Shown: piece after piece, positions 24,476-32,869 of the stretch
Position numbering within the stretch: position 1 is the stretch's first letter
How the letters are laid out: every line of letters starts with the position of its first letter
Source of the DNA: a virus
Lineage: Duplodnaviria > Caudoviricetes
Length of the DNA: 54,439 nucleotides
Reading direction: 5' to 3' (one strand)
IMG/VR virus record: IMGVR_UViG_3300037087_000771
Coordinates: 1-54,439 of that record
Position numbers and translations under genes: made by a program
The notes under the pieces: generated by a model
The model's input: only the letters and a program-made list of their open reading frames with translations
Told to the model about the DNA's origin: nothing
Database searches by the model: none

Positions 24476-26085
24476 TTTGCCACCGGAGCCGCTCCAATCG
24501 CATGCGTCAATGTATTCACGACATCCGCTTCTGACATAGCCTTTGCCATATCTTCCGCTGCCTTGTACTCGCTCTTTCTTGCAGCCACACGGGCGTCATG
24601 AAGCGCCGCTCTGTTATCCTGATTCTCCTTGATCATTTCCCCTTCTGCGGTTTGAGCAGAGATCTCCAGGGCCTTGAGGGAGTCGGATACCGTTCCCTTT
24701 GACGTGAAAGCAGTTGCACGGTTGTTGTATTCAGAAACCTGGTGCTCGCTTCTCGCAGCCTGGGACTCAAGATCGGCTTCGCCCTCTTTTGTAATAGCCT
24801 CCCCAAGTTTTGGGATCGTCACCGTAATTTCGGTTTCCGCGTTCGTTACTCGTTGATCAAGGAGGGGTTCCTTTTCCTTCAGAAGATCCGTCTCTTCCTG
24901 GTACGCGAGGTTCTCGGCCTTGGCAACAGCCAGCTCCGACTCGATAAGGCCCTCCATTGCTTTCTGTGTCTTCAGGCGGACGGTATCGGCTTCGGTCTGC
25001 GAGACCCGAACATCGACCTCCTGTGTCTCAAGCTGAATGCGCCCGATCGCGGCCTCCACCTCTTGCTTTTTGATGGGAACTTCCGCAATATCGAAATCCA
25101 GGCGTTCTGCGTCGGCTTCGAGTATGGTCTTCTTCACAGAGATCTCTTTGATATCGAAGTCAATACGAGCGATGTCGGATTCGATTGTCCTCCTTTTCAC
25201 CACAACCTCGGAAGTATCCAGGTTGATCTGGGCTTTGTCTGCATTCAGACCAGCCTTCTTTACATCCACTTCCGCAGTCTCCAACTCAAGACGACCAATG
25301 TCTGCATCCAACCCCACCACGCGGACAGCAACTTCCGCGGTATCGAATTCAATGCGCTTGATGTCTGCCCCGAGCAGAGACTTCTTCGCCTCTACCTCTG
25401 CGGCGTCGAGATTTATCCTGCCGATATCGGCATTCAGATCGGCAACCCTTACCGAAACAGAGGCTAATCGGAAGGCGGCATCGGCAACCTGGGCCTGGAT
25501 CTCCAGCGCCCGGATACCGGTCTCAATGACATCGAGTTCGGCCTTCTGCGCGATCAACTGCTGCCGGGTGATTTCCGCCTCAACCTGGGCGCTTTCAAGC
25601 ACCTGCTCTTCTATTTTGGCTCCCAGTTCTACGATAACGGTGTTAGCCTTGGCTTGGGCTACGGTGAGTTCTGTGATCTTCGTCGCGAGCGCCTGCCGGT
25701 CGGATTCAAGTGCCTCAACCTTTGCATCAACCTCAGACGCCTTCTGGACAACCTTCCTCGTCTTGTTCAGCAGAGCCGCATCCTTCGCGGCAAGGGCCTG
25801 ATCTTCGATATACCGCTTCGCCGTGACATCGATGACCGAACGCTGCTCGTCAGCGGTCAACTCGGCCATAGCCTGGTCGTAGGAAAGAACCATCTGCGCG
25901 AGGGTTTCGTAGGTGATCTCTTTCAGGTAGTTGTACCCGTGGAGGTACGCCCCGGAATAGATACCGAACACGACAGCCCTGTCAGCAACGTGCACGGCCA
26001 GCATCCCAGGGATTTGATACTGGAAGACAGGCCATATCGACCGCCCCCGAACTAATCCCCTGTCCAAAACAGCCTGTCCCGTCAT
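24472..26085 (-). CDS. Coiled-coil virion protein with 21-aa repeats
   Basis: 537 aa; repeats such as VRVADLNADIGRINLDAAEVE; SD AAGGAG. Confidence 0.75.
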   Translation of the reverse strand: MTGQAVLDRGLVRGRSIWPVFQYQIPGMLAVHVADRAVVFGIYSGAYLHGYNYLKEITYETLAQMVLSYDQAMAELTADEQRSVIDVTAKRYIEDQALAAKDAALLNKTRKVVQKASEVDAKVEALESDRQALATKITELTVAQAKANTVIVELGAKIEEQVLESAQVEAEITRQQLIAQKAELDVIETGIRALEIQAQVADAAFRLASVSVRVADLNADIGRINLDAAEVEAKKSLLGADIKRIEFDTAEVAVRVVGLDADIGRLELETAEVDVKKAGLNADKAQINLDTSEVVVKRRTIESDIARIDFDIKEISVKKTILEADAERLDFDIAEVPIKKQEVEAAIGRIQLETQEVDVRVSQTEADTVRLKTQKAMEGLIESELAVAKAENLAYQEETDLLKEKEPLLDQRVTNAETEITVTIPKLGEAITKEGEADLESQAARSEHQVSEYNNRATAFTSKGTVSDSLKALEISAQTAEGEMIKENQDNRAALHDARVAARKSEYKAAEDMAKAMSEADVVNTLTHAIGAAPVAK

Positions 26086-26097
26086 CGTTCTTCTCCT

Positions 26098-27747
26098 TTA
26101 CGCAAGCAAATGGATCAACTTCTCGGTCAACTTCACAGTCTTCGTGTTGTAGATCATGATATTGTTGTGCTCAGTGAGAGCAGTGGCAAGTCGATTTACT
26201 TCGCTGACTTGTCCCGCGAGATCCGCTCTCTCTGCAGCATACCTGGCAGCTTCGACCTTGGCGAGATGAGACTCCTTAATGGCCACTTCATTTCCACCTA
26301 TTTTGTTGATGTACTCAATCTCTTTTGTTGACTCAGTCTCCATCGCCGTCCTGATTAGCCCGAGTTGGAGCTGAAGGGCTGTGGCAACCGTCAGTCGTGC
26401 CGTTGCCCTTTGAAGTTCCAGCTCCGCTCGGTCTCTTTCGATGGTGATCTTTTTCCCTTCCAGGGTGATCTCCTTTCCCATCAGCACCAGATCCTCGGTA
26501 AGTCGTAAAATCTTCTTCTCGGACATCGTTACCTTTTCCTGGGCAAGCGCTATGTGGTTTGCGAGTTGCGCCATCATCTCGTCGGCGAGTTCTTGGCTGG
26601 CCAGGGCCTTCCGGGTCATCGGTTCGAGGAGCTTCAGTAATTCTTTGGTGAGCAGTTCACTCTCGGCAGCCTTGCGAGACATAGGGTCCAGCAGTTTGTT
26701 CAGCTCCGTCGTCAGCTCCTTGGTCTTATTGGCCTTATCGGTCATCGGCTGCAACAGCGTGGCCTGTTCCGTCGTGAACTCGTCGGTCTTGTCGGCCTTG
26801 TTGGTCATGGGCTCGATCAGTGTGCCCAACTCCGTAGTCAGAGCTTCCGTGGCGGCTACTTTATTCAGCATGGGTTGCAGCAGTTCGTGTTGCCTGCCGG
26901 TCAGTGTGGTTATCGCCGCCGCCTTACCGGTCATCGGCTGCAGCAAGTCAACCATCCTATCGGCCAGGGCCAGTGTCTTATTGGCCTTCTCGATCGTGGG
27001 GGCCAGAAGTTCTGCTTGCGCTGCAGTGTTGGCTCCCGTCGTCGCCGCCTTCACTTCCATCGCAGGAAGGACCTCGGCAGTCGTTCTGTCAGCAACCTCC
27101 TTTTCATAGTTTGCCTTCTCTTCCCGTGCGGGCATGATAACCGTTGCTTCCGCATCGAGAACAGCGCTTTGTGCCGCCAGGGCGGCCATGATATAGGGGA
27201 TCACATCCAACTTCCGCCGAGCCGCCGCCAGCTTTGCCGCAGCCAACTGCTCTTCCAGGGGAAGAGGGAGAAGCTCAACCTCTTCCTTCTGCCGTTTGAT
27301 ATCTTCGATCTGGACCTCGATAGCGACCTTGGACAGGAGTACCGCTATTTCCCGGAACTCCTGATCGATCATCAGACCGTCAATTGCTTCGCCCCTCAGC
27401 GACCGGATCAGCTCCTTGTCGGCGAATTCAGTCTGCAGATCCGAGAAGAGCTGCATCTTTTCGAGTTCCCAGGCCATGACGGCCTGCTTCAGGGAAATGT
27501 CGTTCTCCAATCCCAGAGCCTTCAGTTCGCGGTCGATCGCCTCGCCCATGATCTTCTGGTTGTACTCGGTCAACTTAATCTTGCTGTCGATCTCGACATC
27601 GGTGAGCGCCTCAACCGCAAAACCCGGCATCGCTGAGAAGTTCCTGGATGCCACGGCAGAGAGAATCGCTGCAGTGCTCTTTTTGAATTCCCGGAAGACC
27701 TCGCTCTTTCCCTTGTACCAAAGGCTATTCTCGGATGTGGTCCCCAT
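26098..27747 (-). CDS. Coiled-coil virion protein with 21-aa repeats
   Basis: 549 aa; repeats such as LLQPMTDKANKTKELTTELNK; SD GAGGT. Confidence 0.75.
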   Translation of the reverse strand: MGTTSENSLWYKGKSEVFREFKKSTAAILSAVASRNFSAMPGFAVEALTDVEIDSKIKLTEYNQKIMGEAIDRELKALGLENDISLKQAVMAWELEKMQLFSDLQTEFADKELIRSLRGEAIDGLMIDQEFREIAVLLSKVAIEVQIEDIKRQKEEVELLPLPLEEQLAAAKLAAARRKLDVIPYIMAALAAQSAVLDAEATVIMPAREEKANYEKEVADRTTAEVLPAMEVKAATTGANTAAQAELLAPTIEKANKTLALADRMVDLLQPMTGKAAAITTLTGRQHELLQPMLNKVAATEALTTELGTLIEPMTNKADKTDEFTTEQATLLQPMTDKANKTKELTTELNKLLDPMSRKAAESELLTKELLKLLEPMTRKALASQELADEMMAQLANHIALAQEKVTMSEKKILRLTEDLVLMGKEITLEGKKITIERDRAELELQRATARLTVATALQLQLGLIRTAMETESTKEIEYINKIGGNEVAIKESHLAKVEAARYAAERADLAGQVSEVNRLATALTEHNNIMIYNTKTVKLTEKLIHLLA

Positions 27748-27750
27748 CGT

Positions 27751-28293
27751 TTACCTCGTCAATACTATCGGGAACAGCTCTGTCTGCCCCAGCTCGTCAA
27801 ACTCTGCCACCAGGAATGTCCATTTCGTCCCCATTAGACTCCTGGGGAAAAACGCCTTGGAACGCAGGATCGGGATGCTACTTCCGACGCTGCCAACTTC
27901 CGCCCGGACTATGGGCGCGGCTCCCGTGACATCAAATACACCTGCCCGAAAACGCTTCCGGTTGTTCGTCCCGAATATGGATGGCGATAGAACGACGCCG
28001 TCATGGATGTCCGCCCCGGCATCCGTTGTCCCTTCTAAAATGTAGATCCCTTCTTCCCGTGCTGCATAAGCTATTCCTTCATCAACAGCGTAAGAGTTGA
28101 ACGAAAACCCACTGTAGACGGACGGCTCGAATGTCTTCCCGTTGAACGCCCATGCCTCCCATACGTCGCCGCTTACCGCGCCCAGGTCCTCCAGGAGAAG
28201 AGCTTCGAGGATCAGGGACCCAACAAGTCCCTGCTGGATCTCCTCGTCAGTGAGGATTATGGAAGAGACCAGGGTTTCATTGATTTCTAACAT
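27751..28293 (-). CDS. Hypothetical tail-associated protein
   Basis: 180 aa, tightly packed in the structural operon; SD AGGTG. Confidence 0.65.
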   Translation of the reverse strand: MLEINETLVSSIILTDEEIQQGLVGSLILEALLLEDLGAVSGDVWEAWAFNGKTFEPSVYSGFSFNSYAVDEGIAYAAREEGIYILEGTTDAGADIHDGVVLSPSIFGTNNRKRFRAGVFDVTGAAPIVRAEVGSVGSSIPILRSKAFFPRSLMGTKWTFLVAEFDELGQTELFPIVLTR

Positions 28294-28300
28294 GCTTCAC

Positions 28301-29539
28301 CTATCCTATGATGTCTCCAATGTCGCAGCCGCTTTCAACCAGAACCTCAAATACCCACCGCAGTAGCTCCACGTCTTCCAGGGCAAGTCCCTCCTCGATA
28401 ATAAGCCCTTGGATGTACGAATCGATATCCGCGAAGACCAGGGATTCGCTGGCCAATGCCACGAGGGACCCCACCGGGACCGCCACGTCGCTGGAATGGA
28501 CTCTCTCCGCAACCAACTCGTCGAAGGATAAGAATGATACCTCCCCGTCCGTCATATCCACGATCTCGTCCGCGAGACAGACATAATACCGCTCAGGGAT
28601 CGCATCGCTCTCTGCGTGGATCTCGTCAGCTACTGAGTGAGCAAGAATGACTCCGCTTTCAGAAACCTCCTGGACAGTCAGCTCCTCGTAGACCTCGCAG
28701 CCAAGAATTTCATAGAGGGCATCCGCAAAGGCGACCCCCTCCTCGATCGTATGCACAAAGTATTTCTCATGGGTCCCCTCGTCCCATACAAAGAACACTT
28801 CCTCAGTACAGGGATGGATCACGACTCCGGGGATCAGTTCAGTGTTGAAGAAGACATACTCATCCGCTAACTTTCCGATGATCTCCTGGAGGGTATCGGT
28901 ATCGACTAGGGATTCGACCACCAGGTGATCCCAGCCCCATACGATTCTTTCCCAGAAGAAGAACTCCTCCAGGCATTGAGAGATGAATAGGTACTCCTGC
29001 GTGACTTCGTGTCGCATGTTCACGAGGTCCGAGACAGTGAGATAGAGTCGTAGGTAAATCGGCAGGTATGGCTGCGGTTCCTCCATGCTGATATTAAAGG
29101 ACTCAAAGATACTATCCCAGTAATATGGGACAGCATTCGCATAGGAGGAGAGGATCTGAAGCTCGTCCGAGACCTCTTCCAGGTACACATCAGACCCGCT
29201 CATAACAACGTCAAGGTGCATGTGCGCGACCTTGATGGGCATGAGGGGCGCTGTGTAAACGACATTCAGGACCGATTGCTTTACCCGGATGGGAGCACCG
29301 CCGAAGATTTCAGCGAAGGCAATGGTGTCGCCAACACTCGGAAAGTGATAGGGCGTAAAGGCTTCCTGGATGCCGAGGGTTTCCTCGATCTGGTCTGTCC
29401 AGACAACATAAGCCTCGTGTCCAAGGTCGAAAGATTCTTCAACCAGGTCATCGAACACCAGCCCAGAGACATTCACGTTGCCCTGCTGATACTCGGTAAG
29501 CCACAGATATTCATCTACTGCGAGTTCGATGTCAGCCAT
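28301..29539 (-). CDS. Highly acidic repetitive virion protein
   Basis: 412 aa, very D/E-rich with few K/R; recurring (I/V)xE(S/T/E)(F/L) motifs; TAATG coupling. Confidence 0.75.
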   Translation of the reverse strand: MADIELAVDEYLWLTEYQQGNVNVSGLVFDDLVEESFDLGHEAYVVWTDQIEETLGIQEAFTPYHFPSVGDTIAFAEIFGGAPIRVKQSVLNVVYTAPLMPIKVAHMHLDVVMSGSDVYLEEVSDELQILSSYANAVPYYWDSIFESFNISMEEPQPYLPIYLRLYLTVSDLVNMRHEVTQEYLFISQCLEEFFFWERIVWGWDHLVVESLVDTDTLQEIIGKLADEYVFFNTELIPGVVIHPCTEEVFFVWDEGTHEKYFVHTIEEGVAFADALYEILGCEVYEELTVQEVSESGVILAHSVADEIHAESDAIPERYYVCLADEIVDMTDGEVSFLSFDELVAERVHSSDVAVPVGSLVALASESLVFADIDSYIQGLIIEEGLALEDVELLRWVFEVLVESGCDIGDIIG

Positions 29540-30720
29540 TATTCGTCCATGACCTCATCTGCAATCCCAATATCGTCTAACAGCACGCCGGTCCATATCG
29601 ATTCTCTGAATATGAATCCGAACAGAGACTCGTCCAGAATCTGTTTTGTCCAGTCCACGGTCAGATCGGGGACCAGATTGTAATAAACATCCAAGAACTG
29701 ATAGGCCCATCCGGAAAACTTCTTTGCCAGGGAGTTCGTGACAACGGTGTCGTTCCCGGACGACTTGTAGAGCGGGATCAGCGCATTGGGAGGCGGCGTC
29801 CCCGGCGTGGCGACGCTACGCGCTGCGGTTCGATGGTTGACGGCAATGAGCGTCGATTCCACGGGGATGGCGGTATTGCCAAAAGACATCGTTTCCTGTG
29901 CAAGATCCTGCTCTGCTTGGATGTAGTCCGGCTCAACCGCGGGATCGAACACTGGGTCGTCAATCAGCGAAACCCGTGGAGTGTTATCAGGGGCGGCGAG
30001 CCCGTTGATGTATGGGGACCAATCGATCCTGTCGCCGTCGCCCACGGGGTAAATCGTCTTAACAAAGATGTCGCCCAGAAAATCATTATGATAACCTCCA
30101 TCGTCATCACAAATGTAAAGGGAGTCCAGCTTCAGGGTGGCATTGAATTGGACTCTGTTTATTTTTGCCCGTGGGTCGAAGGGGTTGTTCCCAAAGCCGG
30201 TCCCTGCCGCGGTCATGATCCCCGTGGCGGTGTGGACAACTTTCCCGTTCACGCCGCACTTCACCTGCCCGTTCGTGTAATCCGTGACATCAACCAATAT
30301 CTCGATAAAGGTAAAGGCTGACTGTATGAATGGGGCTGAGATGTAAGCCGAAGACGCAATCAACGGGTATCCGGTTCCTTCCCCCGTCCAGAACTGGAAT
30401 GTCAGCCCGCTGGTTGTCGGGACTACCCGAACGCGGAAATTCTCATAAGTCCCATACAAAAACTGGACATAAAAGGTTTTATCCCCGTAATAGTTTGCCT
30501 TCGGCAGAAGCGCGAAACCGACAACAATTCGGTCGCATGACCTCGCAAGCGTGAACGATGCTACGTTGGGACTATACGTGCCGTTGACATTGAGTTCCAG
30601 AAGACTCGTACCCCACCGGCCGGCCCCGGCAACGATCTGCCGGTTGGTGTCGGTATTCCAACCAAGGGCCATCAAAGCCGCTGCCGTCACATGGTCGAAT
30701 GATTCGCAGTATTTCAACAT
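29539..30720 (-). CDS. Tail-associated beta-rich protein, paralogue of 30723..32861
   Basis: 393 aa; MLKYCESFD...LDSLYICDD...NDFLGDIFV. Confidence 0.7.
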   Translation of the reverse strand: MLKYCESFDHVTAAALMALGWNTDTNRQIVAGAGRWGTSLLELNVNGTYSPNVASFTLARSCDRIVVGFALLPKANYYGDKTFYVQFLYGTYENFRVRVVPTTSGLTFQFWTGEGTGYPLIASSAYISAPFIQSAFTFIEILVDVTDYTNGQVKCGVNGKVVHTATGIMTAAGTGFGNNPFDPRAKINRVQFNATLKLDSLYICDDDGGYHNDFLGDIFVKTIYPVGDGDRIDWSPYINGLAAPDNTPRVSLIDDPVFDPAVEPDYIQAEQDLAQETMSFGNTAIPVESTLIAVNHRTAARSVATPGTPPPNALIPLYKSSGNDTVVTNSLAKKFSGWAYQFLDVYYNLVPDLTVDWTKQILDESLFGFIFRESIWTGVLLDDIGIADEVMDE

Positions 30721-30722
30721 AA

Positions 30723-32861
30723 TTAAGATCCCCAGGGGTTATCTCCGGTATGATCCCCATCATTGCCCGTCTGTTCAACCGGAGCTACCTGCCAACTATT
30801 CACGACCATCCCGAACATGGTTTCGTATCGCCAATGCTGCGTGTAGACATAATCCGCGAACAGGGTATAGTCACCAAACAGCTCAACCCAGAAGCCGTCA
30901 TGGGGGTCTTCGGCTATGCTGAACTCGTCTTCTGCAATCAAGCCGACCCCCTGAACCACTTCGTCATCAGGGTAGAGATACTCTTCAAGGAGCTCGTGGT
31001 TGTCCCACGGTTCGTCAGCGTCGATGGCGAATTCGTCTTCAATCAGTTCATGGTTGTCCCACAGGTAGGGCTCTTCAAGGCCGAATGTCTCTTCCAGGGC
31101 CATAAGGAAAGCAATGGCGGTCTCGTCTGTTGCCTCAAGGGTGTCCGTAAACAGCTCTTCCCAGAAGCCGTCCGCCCAGTCTGCGGCATCCAGTAATTCG
31201 TCGATCAGGTCAATATATTGCACAAAGATTTCATCGGCAAACCCGACGAACTCGCCTGCGAACAGGACTGTGTATGGCAGATATTCGGAGAACTCAAGGG
31301 TCTCATTCAGGAATCGATTTACGCCACGATTCCCCTCGGTAAGGGATTCAAACACGAGTGACTCATAGAACGCCCATACATACTCAAGCGTTGGATCGGC
31401 TGCGGCATCAAACCTGTCATCGACGAATTCTTCAAAATACCTGTGTGTAAAGTCCAGGAACGCAAGTTCTTCGCTCACCGTGTCATAAATCGTTAGGCTT
31501 ATGCGAACAATCGCCGGGTCGTATGTTTCCGGTTCGATTATCACGGGAGTCAGCTCAAGGCCCCACTCGGAGGCGTCAACTGCGGAGGCAGACCACCGAA
31601 GATACTGTTCGCCTGGTTCTATCGTCTCTTCGTTTTCCCAAACGAAATGCCGGGCCTCAAACTGTGCTCTCTTAATAAGAGGCGCATCCATCGGCTTGCT
31701 TTCGATCAGCTCAAACCCGAGCTTTCTGACGGCTGTAAGGGGGGCTTGCGGAGTATCCAAAAATAGCGGCTGCAGCAGTGTATGAAGGATGGCCCCGTAG
31801 ATTTTCGAGTACGTGCCCAGTGCGTTCAGGGAGTTGTAACGCATCAACTGGCGGTCGCCATGCTCTTCCAATGTGAAATAATTCCCGGCGAATGGTTCCC
31901 ACGGGATGAACAACGGGGTCGTTTCAGGGTCGGGAATCGGACTCGGAAGAGCATTGACGGTATCTATGAAGTCCTCATCGACGGTGCGAAACCTATACGT
32001 ATCTGCGAATGGGACGCTGTTGTTCTCTGACCCATCACCAGAAACCGCCACACACCTGATCTTGATATTTCCAAGAAAGGTGTTGTTGAACTCACCTTCG
32101 TCATTGCAGATGTAGACATCATCCATCCCTACGTTGGCGCTCTGGTACATAGAGTACCAGCTCAAACCCGAATGAATTCTTACGGCATCTATGAGATACG
32201 ATACATTCACCCCTGATTCGGGACCCGTCATGATGCTGCTTTTCAGCAAATTATTGGCCCCTCCCCGACTTCCCAGGCGGACCTCCGCCCAGGCTTGGGG
32301 CTGTGCGACGACGTTCCCCATGAGCGTCATCCCGGCCTGAATGTATCGCCAATCACCATTTAACAGGTTCGCCGTTGAGTTGATCCGACCCGTTTGCGTA
32401 AGGGGGCTGGTTCCTACAAAAGTCCAAGTGACATCGATATATGACGCTGAAATGCTCAGGGTGCAGGTGGCGACTAAAGCCCCGCCTGCATAACCCAGGT
32501 CCGAGATATATCCCACGCCAATAGTGGGAGGCGTCGCTTTATTGTAAGACACCCCTTTTACAAACTCTACGGTAATCAAGACAGTCCCCCCAACGGAGGC
32601 TTTACGAAACGCGAACCCCGTGAAGACCGTCCTGGACGGTTTGATGGGGGTCATGAGGGTGTACGACATCCCCTGTATTGCTCTGCCTTCCGGTCTCGTG
32701 GCGTATGCCTTGGCTGGGGTAAATGTTGTGTCAGGACCGTGCACAATCGAAGCCGGGATTGTACCTGAGCCATTATTTATTCCGTCAAAGGAAAAATAAC
32801 CCCATTTTCGCCAGAGGTCGTAAGGACTGAATGTTTCAAAGCCGTCTGCAAACAGTAGCAT
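30723..32861 (-). CDS. Tail-associated protein with beta-rich N-half and acidic repetitive C-half
   Basis: 712 aa; MLLFADGFE...MDDVYICND...NTFLGNIKI; SD GAGGT. Confidence 0.75.
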   Translation of the reverse strand: MLLFADGFETFSPYDLWRKWGYFSFDGINNGSGTIPASIVHGPDTTFTPAKAYATRPEGRAIQGMSYTLMTPIKPSRTVFTGFAFRKASVGGTVLITVEFVKGVSYNKATPPTIGVGYISDLGYAGGALVATCTLSISASYIDVTWTFVGTSPLTQTGRINSTANLLNGDWRYIQAGMTLMGNVVAQPQAWAEVRLGSRGGANNLLKSSIMTGPESGVNVSYLIDAVRIHSGLSWYSMYQSANVGMDDVYICNDEGEFNNTFLGNIKIRCVAVSGDGSENNSVPFADTYRFRTVDEDFIDTVNALPSPIPDPETTPLFIPWEPFAGNYFTLEEHGDRQLMRYNSLNALGTYSKIYGAILHTLLQPLFLDTPQAPLTAVRKLGFELIESKPMDAPLIKRAQFEARHFVWENEETIEPGEQYLRWSASAVDASEWGLELTPVIIEPETYDPAIVRISLTIYDTVSEELAFLDFTHRYFEEFVDDRFDAAADPTLEYVWAFYESLVFESLTEGNRGVNRFLNETLEFSEYLPYTVLFAGEFVGFADEIFVQYIDLIDELLDAADWADGFWEELFTDTLEATDETAIAFLMALEETFGLEEPYLWDNHELIEDEFAIDADEPWDNHELLEEYLYPDDEVVQGVGLIAEDEFSIAEDPHDGFWVELFGDYTLFADYVYTQHWRYETMFGMVVNSWQVAPVEQTGNDGDHTGDNPWGS

Positions 32862-32869
32862 GGCCTACC

